This document shows, in pieces, positions 8,611-17,610 of a stretch of 64,000 nt of DNA. The notes below the pieces were generated by a model, which had not been told where the DNA came from, made no database searches, and saw only the letters and a program-made list of their open reading frames with translations. Made by a program: the position numbers and the translations under genes. Origin of the DNA: an uncultured Elusimicrobia bacterium (GTDB taxonomy: Bacteria; Elusimicrobiota; Elusimicrobia; 2-01-FULL-59-12); contig OY969767.1 in assembly GCA_963702895.1 (NCBI GenBank), positions 2,624,001 through 2,688,000 on the forward strand, in the 5' to 3' direction. Every line of letters starts with the position of its first letter. Positions within the stretch are counted from its first letter, which is position 1.

Positions 8611-9995
8611 GAGCTTTAGTCAAATGTGATGGAAATCGATCGGCGCCCCTTTGGTCGAAAGTCTCTTAGGCCGCTACCTCCAGCTTCTCTCGTTCGACGA
8701 ATAATCCCATCACCAATTCCGGCTTCTCAATCGGCTTCCAGAATTGCGCCAGGCGTTCAATGATTTTGTAGACGAACGCTACTCCCGTGCGAGATTTCTG
8801 AAACCGCCGCACAACGCGAGTTCGCAATCGGACCCCCGCGAAGACCGACTCGATCGGATTGCTCGTCTTTAAATGCACCCAGTGCTCCTTCGGAAAGTCG
8901 AAGTAGCGCAGCAAGGCGTCATGGTCCTTCCGGATACAAGCCGCCGCCTTCGGGTAGCGAATCTCCAGGTCCTCGGCTAACAAGGCCAGGTGATTCTCCG
9001 CGTCTTCTCGACGCTCCGCCTGATACGCTACGCGCAGACGGTTGAGCACCTCCTCTTGCTTGGCCTTCGGCACTTTATCCACGACGTTGCGCATCTTGTG
9101 CTTCCAGCACCGTTGATCTTTGGCGGTCGGATAGACCTCCGCCACCGCCTCCCAGAGCCCACCCATCCCATCGCCGATAACCAAGAGCGGAGCGGGCATT
9201 CCACGCTCCGCCACCCCTCGCCAGATTTCCTTCCAGGAATCCCGGCTCTCCCGGTAGCCTTCCATCAGAGCAATCAGCTCTTTCTTCCCATCGGCATTCA
9301 CGCCAACCAACACTAAAAGCGCCGTATTCTCTTTCTCCAGCCCGGCCTTCAAGTACACGCCGTCCGCCCAGACATAGGCGTAACGCGTTTCGGATAAGTC
9401 CCGGCGGCTGAAGGTGGCCAGGTCCGATTGAAACTTCGCCGATAAACGCAGGATCGTGCTGGCTGATAAGGTGGCTCCATCCCCGATCAGTGCTCGCATC
9501 GCCGGCTCAAAGTCCCGGCTCGAGAGCCCCTCCAGGTACAGCCGCCGGAATAACTCCTCGACACCCTCGGTTCGCCGCTGGTACGGACGCAAGATGCTCG
9601 ACTCAAACTCGCCCCCGTCGACTTGCGGCACCGAGAGCTTTAAACCTGCTCCCAAAACTGTCACCTTCCGCTCCCGGGTTCCGTTGCGATAGCCTTTCTC
9701 CAGGCTCTTCGCCCGCTCATAGCGCCGCCGCTCCAGATACATCGTCACTTCTTCCTCCAGGGCTTCCACCAGCATTTTGCGCGCTCCCTCTCGGGCCAGA
9801 TAATCCAGCATGCTCTCTTTGTGTTCGCAGCCTTTCACGTTTACAATGGTCTTCATAACGGCGTCTCCTTTTCGTTTATTGTCCGCTTGAACGGACAGGT
9901 TTGTTTGGTTCAACGAAAGGGTACGCCGTTATCTATTCCTAAGGCAAATCCTTCCTTGCCTCAGAACCTATTTCCAGCACTTTTGATGGTAACTC
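8611..9995. mobile_element. IS256-family insertion sequence (1385 bp)
   Basis: Imperfect terminal IRs GAGCTTTAGTCAAATGTGATGGAAAT / GAGTTACCATCAAAAGTGCTGGAAAT; 9-bp direct repeat CCCTGCTGG at 8602-8610 and 9996-10004. Confidence 0.9.
8666..9856 (-). CDS. IS256-family (mutator-type) DDE transposase
   Basis: GYRNG, LYLEGLSSRDF, YVWADGVY, IGDG, QRCWKHKMRN, TSNPIES. Confidence 0.95.
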   Translation of the reverse strand: MKTIVNVKGCEHKESMLDYLAREGARKMLVEALEEEVTMYLERRRYERAKSLEKGYRNGTRERKVTVLGAGLKLSVPQVDGGEFESSILRPYQRRTEGVEELFRRLYLEGLSSRDFEPAMRALIGDGATLSASTILRLSAKFQSDLATFSRRDLSETRYAYVWADGVYLKAGLEKENTALLVLVGVNADGKKELIALMEGYRESRDSWKEIWRGVAERGMPAPLLVIGDGMGGLWEAVAEVYPTAKDQRCWKHKMRNVVDKVPKAKQEEVLNRLRVAYQAERREDAENHLALLAEDLEIRYPKAAACIRKDHDALLRYFDFPKEHWVHLKTSNPIESVFAGVRLRTRVVRRFQKSRTGVAFVYKIIERLAQFWKPIEKPELVMGLFVEREKLEVAA

Positions 9996-10016
9996 CCCTG
10001 CTGGCGCGTCGACCCG

Positions 10017-10025
10017 TGTTATAAT
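10017..10025 (+). promoter_or_regulatory. Extended -10 promoter (TGnTATAAT) for the tRNA locus
   Basis: TGTTATAAT about 60 nt upstream of the first tRNA-like copy. Confidence 0.6.
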
Positions 10026-10089
10026 GACACCCTTCTTCGCTCACGAAGAAACCGCTGAGCTTAAAGCGGAGAATGAAGACGCAGCGCGT

Positions 10090-10142
10090 GCCCTCGTCGT
10101 CTCGCGGTTAGGACGCCGCCCTCTCAAGGCAGAGATTGGGGC
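10090..10142 (+). pseudogene. tRNA-Glu(CUC)-like copy 1, T-arm absent
   Basis: GCCCTCGTCGTCTCGCGGTTAGGACGCCGCCCTCTCAAGGCAGAGAT followed directly by TGGGGC. Confidence 0.75.
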
Positions 10143-10173
10143 TTGGAGTAGTAAGATTTTGTTGGTCATTTGT

Positions 10174-10268
10174 GCCCTCATCGTCTAGCGCCCGCCACTA
10201 CATCGGAGCGGGCGTCCGCCGAGGCTTAGTGGCGGACGGTTTAGGACGCTGCCCTCTCAAGGCAGAGA
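10174..10268 (+). pseudogene. tRNA-Glu(CUC)-like copy 2 with 48-nt D-loop insertion, T-arm absent
   Basis: GCCCTCATCGTCTAGCG + 48 nt + GTTTAGGACGCTGCCCTCTCAAGGCAGAGA. Confidence 0.75.
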
Positions 10269-10285
10269 ATGAGGATGCTGCGCGT

Positions 10286-10359
10286 GCCCTCATCGTCTAG
10301 CGGTTCAGGACGCTGCCCTCTCAAGGCAGAGATCACGGGTTCGAATCCCGTTGGGGGCA
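10286..10359 (+). tRNA. tRNA-Glu (anticodon CTC)
   Basis: Full cloverleaf: GCCCTCA/TGGGGGC acceptor, CTGCC-CTCTCAA-GGCAG anticodon arm, ACGGG-TTCGAAT-CCCGT T-arm; no encoded CCA. Confidence 0.95.
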
Positions 10360-10487
10360 CGCGCAGCACACCTCTTGAACGGGTTCGTCCGCCACACGTC
10401 CGGCGGGCGAGCGCCTGTCGTGTGGCGCTCTCCGCCACTCCATCTTCGGCGCGCCCGCCAGGGGCTTCAAGGATCAAGAGACGTGCT

Positions 10488-11177
10488 TTAGCTCATCGAC
10501 CGCTTGTCGCCAGTTCGGAAAAAGGGAAGCCGCGCCCCTCGGACCCGTCGCGGCCTGGAGGCCCCGCCAGGGTTAACGGATCCTGGTTCTGTGTTCCGAA
10601 GAATCAAGGCCCCAGCCCCTACGGTGGTTTCTGCGCCCAAGGTGAGGCCATTCCCGATAGCTGAATTGATCCCCAGAAAACAGTACGGCCCAACCTCGAC
10701 TCGTCCAGCGATGACAACATGCGAACTCACAAACGTGTGGTCCCCAATCACCGTGTGATGGCCTATATGATTTCCACTCCAAAGGGTCACATCGTTCCCG
10801 ATGCAAACGTACGGCTGGATGGTGTTATGTTCCAGGACCAGGCAATTGTCCCCCAAAGTGGCCGTATCGCTGACCACGGCGTCGGGACTCACAAAATTGG
10901 CTAAGAGGTACCCTTTCGCTTTGGCCGCGGCATACTTGGTGGCGCGGAGCATGTTTCGTTGGGTGTAGGACAACGCCACAAACATCGCATGCGAGGCTGG
11001 AGGAAATCGACTCTCCACATCCTCAAAGGCTACGACGGGGCAATCATGCCACACAGAACGGTCGAGATACGGCCGATCAACCGTAAAGGCGACAACTTTA
11101 TATGGCGAGGCGCGGCTGAAATAGTAATGGGCCAACTCCGCAATATCAGAGGCGCCAAAGATCACGAGATTCTTCAT
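10488..11177 (-). CDS. NeuD/PglD-like sugar acyltransferase (hexapeptide repeats)
   Basis: LVIFGAS N-domain; IGNDVTLWSGNHIGHHTVIGDH left-handed beta-helix. Confidence 0.85.
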   Translation of the reverse strand: MKNLVIFGASDIAELAHYYFSRASPYKVVAFTVDRPYLDRSVWHDCPVVAFEDVESRFPPASHAMFVALSYTQRNMLRATKYAAAKAKGYLLANFVSPDAVVSDTATLGDNCLVLEHNTIQPYVCIGNDVTLWSGNHIGHHTVIGDHTFVSSHVVIAGRVEVGPYCFLGINSAIGNGLTLGAETTVGAGALILRNTEPGSVNPGGASRPRRVRGARLPFFRTGDKRSMS

Positions 11178-11842
11178 GGTATGTCCTTTCGTATCAGTAG
11201 CGTCATCTCATAAAGCCCGTAATCCTGGAGGAGGGCAACGTGTCGGCTGTAGCGCGCAGCCTGGTCCAGGAGCCATGCGGGATCGGCGTAAAAGAGATCC
11301 TTCCTCCGCCGCGCTGGATCGGAACAACGAGAAAGCACGTTAAGGGCAACCCCTTTCCGCCCGATACGGTTCATCTCAGAGAGCACGTGAAGAACGTAAC
11401 GACGCCAGAAGTCGATACGGAAATCCATCTTGACGTTCAGGATGCCGCTGGCGAGGCAATACTCGCCAGGCTTGATATTTGCAAGGGATCGGATCCAGCG
11501 GAAATGCGCCTTGGCCGATTGGTTATGCAGGCGTTGGCTTACTCGAATCATCGGTTGGCACAGATCGTAGCCGGTGTATCGCTGAAGGTTGGGAAAGTGT
11601 CGTCTAAGATACGGGTACAGCGCTCCATACCCGCAACCCAGATCAACCACCTGAAAGGAACGCCCGGCTGGAAGAAGCTTGGCCAACTGCTTGAAGCGCA
11701 AGATCTGTGAGGCTTCGCCATTCCAGTCAACTCCCCGTGGTGTCGGACCGTGGGACTGGAGAGTCTTGGCATAATAGGCACCGATGCTTTTGTTGATGGC
11801 AGCATAAGGACGCATGGTCTTAGATGTTGATGGTTTCATCAA
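11174..11842 (-). CDS. Class I SAM-dependent methyltransferase
   Basis: VVDLGCGYG motif; HGPTPRGVDWN. Confidence 0.85.
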   Translation of the reverse strand: MMKPSTSKTMRPYAAINKSIGAYYAKTLQSHGPTPRGVDWNGEASQILRFKQLAKLLPAGRSFQVVDLGCGYGALYPYLRRHFPNLQRYTGYDLCQPMIRVSQRLHNQSAKAHFRWIRSLANIKPGEYCLASGILNVKMDFRIDFWRRYVLHVLSEMNRIGRKGVALNVLSRCSDPARRRKDLFYADPAWLLDQAARYSRHVALLQDYGLYEMTLLIRKDIP

Positions 11843-12758
11843 TGATGAAAAGAGGGCGGTCCTTGATCTGGTAGAAAATGCGGTTGATATAGACTCCCAG
11901 GATGCCTAGGCTAATGAGAATTAACCCCCCTAGAAGGAGCAGTGTCGCCATGAGGCTTGACCAGCCAATCGGCAAGCCTGGCCGCGAGATTTTATAGTAG
12001 ACAATGCGCCCCAAAAAGGCGAAAGAGGCCACCGCGGAAAGAATCCCGATGTGAATGGACCAGCGGAGAAGCATATCGGATTGAGCGATCAGCCCATCGA
12101 CACCTAAGCGGAACAACTTGCTGAACGAGTAAGAAGACTCCCCATGGGGACGAGGATATCGAGACACAGGGACGCGCGCTGTCCGAAAGCCCAGGCAGCG
12201 GATGAGGATCAGGTAGTGACGGTGCGCTTCTTTATATTGAAGAAATGCTTGAACCGCTTTGCGTGACAAGACTGAGAAACATCCGGTCGACAACCCATCC
12301 TCGCAACCCGTGAGGCATTGAATTAACGAGTGGTAGAACCAGGACATCAGGCGACGCCACCAGGAGGGATCTTCTTTGGTGACCGAGGCGTAGACAATGT
12401 CGTAACCCTCCTCCGCTTTCCGATAAAGCTTTTCGATCTCTTCGGGAGCATCCTGTAGATCGCAGTCCATTACCACGACCCACTGGCCAGACGCCAATCC
12501 GAGGCCCGCCGTGAGGGCGGCATGTTGCCCAAAATTGCGGCTGAGACGCACCCCTTTCACATGGACATCACGCTGCGCCAGCGCATGGACGATCTCCCAG
12601 GAACCGTCCTGGCTGCGGTCATCCACCAGAATGATTTCGTAGGACTTCTGCAGGGAATTCAAACTTCGCGTGAGGCGCTCATGGAGGGGATGAAGGCAAT
12701 CCTTCGCCTGATAAACGGGGATCACGACGGACAATTTGGGATGTTCAGCGTTCATCAT
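11820..12758 (-). CDS. GT2 polyprenol-phosphate glycosyltransferase (ArnC/GtrB-like)
   Basis: SVVIPVY, VDDRSQD, LSRNFGQHAA, MDCDLQDAPE; two C-terminal TM. Confidence 0.9.
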   Translation of the reverse strand: MMNAEHPKLSVVIPVYQAKDCLHPLHERLTRSLNSLQKSYEIILVDDRSQDGSWEIVHALAQRDVHVKGVRLSRNFGQHAALTAGLGLASGQWVVVMDCDLQDAPEEIEKLYRKAEEGYDIVYASVTKEDPSWWRRLMSWFYHSLIQCLTGCEDGLSTGCFSVLSRKAVQAFLQYKEAHRHYLILIRCLGFRTARVPVSRYPRPHGESSYSFSKLFRLGVDGLIAQSDMLLRWSIHIGILSAVASFAFLGRIVYYKISRPGLPIGWSSLMATLLLLGGLILISLGILGVYINRIFYQIKDRPLFIIDETINI

Positions 12759-13882
12759 AAAGCGTTCATGGTTCGAATCACAGCATCCTGCGCGTTGCGG
12801 GTCATGTCGTTGTATAACGGCAGCCGCAGAAGGCGTTCGTGGACACTTTCGGTGACGGGCAATGAACCGGCACGACACCCATACTGTTTTCCCATCTTGG
12901 AAAGGTGCAACGGGTAATAATGGGTGACCGCATTGATCCCACAGCGACTGCACATATCCAGTGCCCTGTTGCGAGCCCGGACGGACTCAAACAATACATA
13001 AAACGAATGATAGTTCGATACACAATCAGCAGGAATCCTTGGCAAACGCAGTCGCCCGCGGCCTTCCTGAGGTTCCAATGCCGCGGCGTACCGCTGATAG
13101 AGCCGCTTCCGCCGCGCGAGGATGTGCTCAAACCGTTCGAGTTGCGCCCACAGGTAGGCAGCTTGAAGTTCTGAAGGCACATAGGAAGATCCAATATCGA
13201 CCCAGGAATATCGCGACACTTCTCCGCGGTTGTAGGCAGAACGGTTCGTTCCCTTTTGACGGATGATTTCTGCACGCTCGATCAATCTTAAGCTGTTGAT
13301 AGCCAGGGCGCCGCCTTCGCCGCAATGCCAGTTTTTAGTTTCGTGAAAGCTAAATGCGCTTTCGAGGCCAAAACTGCCCGCGGCTTTCCCGCAGAACTGT
13401 GAACCCAACGCCTGGGCAGCGTCTTCCACGAGCGCGATCCTTGCCTGACGCGCCACTCGTTGGATGACATCCATTTGACAGGGGACGCCGGCGTAATGAA
13501 CCACCACCACGGCCTTCGTGCGTCGCGTGAGGAGGGGCTCCAACTCTCGTTCATCGATATTGAGTGTATCCGGACGGATGTCGACGAACACCGGCTTGGC
13601 CCCTCGTAGGACGACGGCGTTTGCTGTGGAGGGAAAGGTAAAGGAAGGCAACAGAACCTCATCTCCAGGACCGATGTTCAGGAGCATAAAAGCCAATTCC
13701 AGCGCATGAGTCCCGGAGGAAACCAGAAGTGTTTTTGGACAGTCGAGCCGTTGCGCCAGCCACTGAGCGCAGCGGTTCGTGTAGAACCCGTCACCGGAGA
13801 GGTGCGCCCGGCGGCCGACAGCATCGCTGATATAGCGCAGTTCACGCCCGCTCAAGTGTGGTTTATTAAACGGGACTTTCAC
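12755..13882 (-). CDS. rffA: dTDP-4-amino-4,6-dideoxygalactose transaminase
   Basis: VPFNKP, SGTHALE, VEDAAQ, FSFHETKN, EGGAL; GTG start overlaps the upstream stop. Confidence 0.88.
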   Translation of the reverse strand: MKVPFNKPHLSGRELRYISDAVGRRAHLSGDGFYTNRCAQWLAQRLDCPKTLLVSSGTHALELAFMLLNIGPGDEVLLPSFTFPSTANAVVLRGAKPVFVDIRPDTLNIDERELEPLLTRRTKAVVVVHYAGVPCQMDVIQRVARQARIALVEDAAQALGSQFCGKAAGSFGLESAFSFHETKNWHCGEGGALAINSLRLIERAEIIRQKGTNRSAYNRGEVSRYSWVDIGSSYVPSELQAAYLWAQLERFEHILARRKRLYQRYAAALEPQEGRGRLRLPRIPADCVSNYHSFYVLFESVRARNRALDMCSRCGINAVTHYYPLHLSKMGKQYGCRAGSLPVTESVHERLLRLPLYNDMTRNAQDAVIRTMNAL

Positions 13883-14781
13883 GGTTTGCCCACGGCCCAG
13901 CCAATGCCATCGCGTCCATACCCATTGCCATTGTAGAGCATGTGCCATCGACCCGCCTGCACGAACACACAGGGGTAAGCCGTCATCTGGGAATCCCATC
14001 CCTGAGGGGAAACGTCCAATTCGGTCACGGGGGAACGAGACCACCTCAGGCCATCATAAGATTCGGCATAGTGAATGCGATAGGCCGAACCCCGGCTGCA
14101 AAACCACATACGATACAGAGACCCCTCCTTGATCACACAAGGGCGGCCAAGGGCATATTCTGCCGGTGATGCAAAATCGATTGCGATGATCCCCGATCGC
14201 TTCCAGACCAAGCCGTCAGAGGACTCTGCGTACTTGATGTGATAGCGGGGAGTCTTGGGATCCACCCACCCAACGAAAGAAACATACCACATTCTCCACA
14301 AACCGTTTTCGATCAAGATGGAAGGAGAAGCTGTCCCATGGGGATCCTGGGATGTCGGATCCAAGAGAGGATCGGGCTTCCAGCGCTCGAATGTATGACC
14401 TCCGTCGCGGCTGATGGCGAGGCCGACCGAAAGCTGAAAGGCCACATGACGAGGAAGGGACCATCCCGTATAATAAAGGTACAGCGAGTCCCTCTGGGGA
14501 ACCAGGCAAGACACGCTGACGCCAGATTCATCGAACCGGCCCGGCTCTCCAAGATCCATGACCGGGCTGCTGGCCCGTCGAAGGACTTTGGCTTCCGGTG
14601 CGAAAACGACCTCCGCCCACGCCACACGGCTCCTGTTTTCGACATCCCTTGACGAGAAATAGATCCGACGGATGCGCTCCTGAGAAGAAATTGGGGCGAG
14701 CGCTGCCAGAACCGCGTGGCTGGCCGACCACGTGTTGCTGGGATCAGGCTTGATCAAGAGACCTTTTTTAATCCACCGCAT
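13879..14781 (-). CDS. Beta-propeller glycosylase-like protein (GH32/43/130-like fold)
   Basis: Repeated blades FDESGV, WRMWY, YAESSDGLVW, YAESYDGLRW, YNGNGYG. Confidence 0.65.
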   Translation of the reverse strand: MRWIKKGLLIKPDPSNTWSASHAVLAALAPISSQERIRRIYFSSRDVENRSRVAWAEVVFAPEAKVLRRASSPVMDLGEPGRFDESGVSVSCLVPQRDSLYLYYTGWSLPRHVAFQLSVGLAISRDGGHTFERWKPDPLLDPTSQDPHGTASPSILIENGLWRMWYVSFVGWVDPKTPRYHIKYAESSDGLVWKRSGIIAIDFASPAEYALGRPCVIKEGSLYRMWFCSRGSAYRIHYAESYDGLRWSRSPVTELDVSPQGWDSQMTAYPCVFVQAGRWHMLYNGNGYGRDGIGWAVGKP

Positions 14782-15502
14782 CGCGATCTCCGTGCCGGGT
14801 GGAAAGACTCTTCATGTAGCGACGCGCATTCGGTCCTTCGTGGACGAGAAGATCCAGTATGGATACGTGATGTTCAAATTTCCCGTGCAATTGCTGATAC
14901 GGTTGATACCCATCGTAGTTCATGAACGCGAGTTCAATGCCAGTCTTCTTGAAGAGCGGCTCGTCGAGATAGGCTTGGGCCGAAGGGCCGGAGAGGTAGC
15001 GTGTAGCTCCAACGGCCAGACAAAGATCCACCAATCGCTGTGTTTTCTGACTCGATATACCCTGAAAATCCATAGACCACCGGACCGGAGTCTGGATTCC
15101 CAGGTAGCCGCAAATCGCCCGGATGAAGCAGTGGTTGATCCGACTGAGCGATCGCTCCTGTAAATTCAAATACAAAGGTTTAAAGACAGCTTCGATTTCT
15201 CGAAAATGGGCCGCGCGCGCATAAGAGGCCTGAAGAGCTTTCCAATGCGACGCTGCCCATGAGAGGTCGCTGACCACAACATCACAGATCCGCTGTTGGC
15301 GACGACCTTTGGTATATACAGGAATCGTCAAGTAGTGCAGGCCCTGGTGAGTCTTGATGACATTGCGATTTCGCCAGTCCCGGACGGTATATTGAACGTC
15401 GTCCAGCAAGATAAACTCGTCGGCCAGACGAATGAGGTCGAAATATCCCTTCCAAGGGATATAGCTGGACTGTAAAATGACAGCAGTTTTCATAACCGAC
15501 AT
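14768..15502 (-). CDS. WbqC-family protein
   Basis: ILQSSYIPWKGYFDLI, DDVQY, WRNRN, YLSGPSA, YQQLHG..VSILDLL. Confidence 0.9.
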   Translation of the reverse strand: MSVMKTAVILQSSYIPWKGYFDLIRLADEFILLDDVQYTVRDWRNRNVIKTHQGLHYLTIPVYTKGRRQQRICDVVVSDLSWAASHWKALQASYARAAHFREIEAVFKPLYLNLQERSLSRINHCFIRAICGYLGIQTPVRWSMDFQGISSQKTQRLVDLCLAVGATRYLSGPSAQAYLDEPLFKKTGIELAFMNYDGYQPYQQLHGKFEHHVSILDLLVHEGPNARRYMKSLSTRHGDRDAVD

Positions 15503-15534
15503 GGCGGCGATGACTTGTTGAGAGGGGATTATAC

Positions 15535-17610
15535 TTGAAAGGTGCCACGAACGAGGCTCCGTCTAACGCGATAAGCCTTACGCCTTTTTTCTTGGTCACA
15601 CTATTCTTGTTGCTGCTGTGGCAAGTGGTGACGACCTCGCTCTACGGTCTCGTATCCCATAGCCCGCCAACGAGCTTGGCCGAGCGCGCACAGGATAAAT
15701 GGCTTCAAATGCTCCTGCTGTGCTCCTCCCTCAGTCTTCCCCTGCTCGTACGATCACTTCATGCCCGTGCAGCCAGTCTGATGAATCAGCCGTGGTGGGA
15801 ATGGGGATGTGCGCTGGCCCTTGTGATCACAGCAGCCCTGCTTTTTGGCCCATGGCTTCCCGTTTTTGGGATGGCCATCGGTGTCTTGATGGTGAGATCC
15901 GCGCCCCAGGAACGGATTCGGTCCCCGCGGAGAAATCTTGTTCAGGCCTTCCTATGGATCGTCACCGCGGTCGCGATTCTTTGGTTTGCCCAGCAAAGAA
16001 ATTTCATGCCGCGAATCGATCTCTATGAGGATGGTCCTCGTTTAGGGTTGGCTCAAGCGTTCCTTCTGCATCAACAGCCGTCCCGAGACTTCGCCCTTCA
16101 TTACGGTATCCTCCAAGAGGTTGTCAAGCCTCTTCTCGCGTTTCGGATATGGGAAACGACTTATGAAGCTTACCTGAGGATGAACTCCTGGCTTTCGGCT
16201 CTGTCCACTCTTGGGCTTTTCGCCATCGCGTCTGTGCTGATGCGATCTCGTCTGCTGTTGGTTCTCCTGGGCATGGGGATATGCTGGAGAGGCAATCTCG
16301 TGATCCCCGACCGAGTGTGGCCGGTCGTGTGGGTGATCTTCTGTGCAGCCTATGGGTGGATCCATGGTCAGCGCCGGTGGTTCGTCGCTGCCGGTGTCGG
16401 ACAGGCCTTAGCACTGCTCTACAGTTTGGAAATTGGGATGACGTTGTCGCTAGGTCTCCTCGTGTTCTTGGGGATGACCATCATGGAATCGCGACATCGC
16501 GAAACAAGGCAACAAGAGCTGTCCTGGCTCTGGCCATGGATCTGTGGATTGTTCGCGGTCATGGCCATCTTCTTCTGTTACTTGATCGTAATCGGCGGGT
16601 GGCAGGAGTGGATCGAGGACACCCTTCGAACCATGCTTCAGAGATCAGCATCATGGTCGGAAGGATTGAGTAGCCGACATTTTCGATTTCCCTGGCGGAA
16701 ACCAATCTATCAATTCGATTCGTATGTCTATATTCATCATATTCCGTTGTTAGTCGTCGCCGTACTATCCTATTGCTGGACCTTTCCAAGCGTCGGGCGC
16801 CCCTCCGGCCAGCGGATGGGCGTGGTCGCTTTATCTTGCATCCTCTTCACCAGTTACTTCACCTACATTGGGCGGTCTGACTATACTCATTGGCTCGTGG
16901 CGAGCCCGCTCGTCCTTCCTTTGGCTGCGATTATCATGGACCGGCTGCTCGAGAGGCTTCGGTGTCTCGGGCCGTACTCCCTGCGTGCGCGCACGTCTAC
17001 GGCGGCCTGGTTGGTCGGCCTTGGTTTGCCCTTAATTGTTGTGATCGGAGGCAATCAATCAGCACTTTCATTTTTGGCGAATGGAACGCCTCTTCAAGCG
17101 AGTACATTCACCCATCGACAGACCCTGCCGGTCACCATGCCTGTTCGTTGGGGCCATGTTGACGGGCCCGAAGAAGAACTTCGGGACATCGCACGGATCG
17201 TGAGCCGAATCCGCTCGCTCGTCCCTCCGGATGGCTACCTCTTTGATTTCTCGCGCAAAGGTGTTATTTATTTCTTATGCGAGCGTCGCAATCCCACCCG
17301 CTTCGTATCCGTGGATACACCGCTTATCTATCCTGAGCTGAACGCTGTCTGCCTTCGGGATCTCGAAAAGCGCCGCCCAGAAGTAATCCTGACACAGCAA
17401 CATGGACAGGGCCTGGAGTGCCTGGTCAATCTTGAGCCGTTATGCGGATTCATCCGAGAGCGCTACGTCCTTTTTGAGCAGATAGGACAATGGGGGATCT
17501 GGGTGCCGCAAACATTTCTTCCGGGGCAGCATCCATCAACTCAAAGGCCCCCGAAGCTCTCAGACGCGGGAATTGGGAAGAAAAAACAATATCACCCAGT
17601 CAGCTCTTGA
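15535..17610 (+). CDS. Polytopic membrane protein, GT-C-like
   Basis: Many TM helices, DLYEDG loop, P.RDF...YG motif, soluble C-terminal domain; start uncertain. Confidence 0.55.
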   Translation: MKGATNEAPSNAISLTPFFLVTLFLLLLWQVVTTSLYGLVSHSPPTSLAERAQDKWLQMLLLCSSLSLPLLVRSLHARAASLMNQPWWEWGCALALVITAALLFGPWLPVFGMAIGVLMVRSAPQERIRSPRRNLVQAFLWIVTAVAILWFAQQRNFMPRIDLYEDGPRLGLAQAFLLHQQPSRDFALHYGILQEVVKPLLAFRIWETTYEAYLRMNSWLSALSTLGLFAIASVLMRSRLLLVLLGMGICWRGNLVIPDRVWPVVWVIFCAAYGWIHGQRRWFVAAGVGQALALLYSLEIGMTLSLGLLVFLGMTIMESRHRETRQQELSWLWPWICGLFAVMAIFFCYLIVIGGWQEWIEDTLRTMLQRSASWSEGLSSRHFRFPWRKPIYQFDSYVYIHHIPLLVVAVLSYCWTFPSVGRPSGQRMGVVALSCILFTSYFTYIGRSDYTHWLVASPLVLPLAAIIMDRLLERLRCLGPYSLRARTSTAAWLVGLGLPLIVVIGGNQSALSFLANGTPLQASTFTHRQTLPVTMPVRWGHVDGPEEELRDIARIVSRIRSLVPPDGYLFDFSRKGVIYFLCERRNPTRFVSVDTPLIYPELNAVCLRDLEKRRPEVILTQQHGQGLECLVNLEPLCGFIRERYVLFEQIGQWGIWVPQTFLPGQHPSTQRPPKLSDAGIGKKKQYHPVSS

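Noticed and set aside
10191..10238. Spliceable tRNA intron processed by the local RtcB
   Set aside because: Host copy lacks a T-arm, no clear bulge-helix-bulge, and no splicing endonuclease in the window
10069..10359. CRISPR array
   Set aside because: Repeats are tRNA-derived and irregularly spaced; no cas genes
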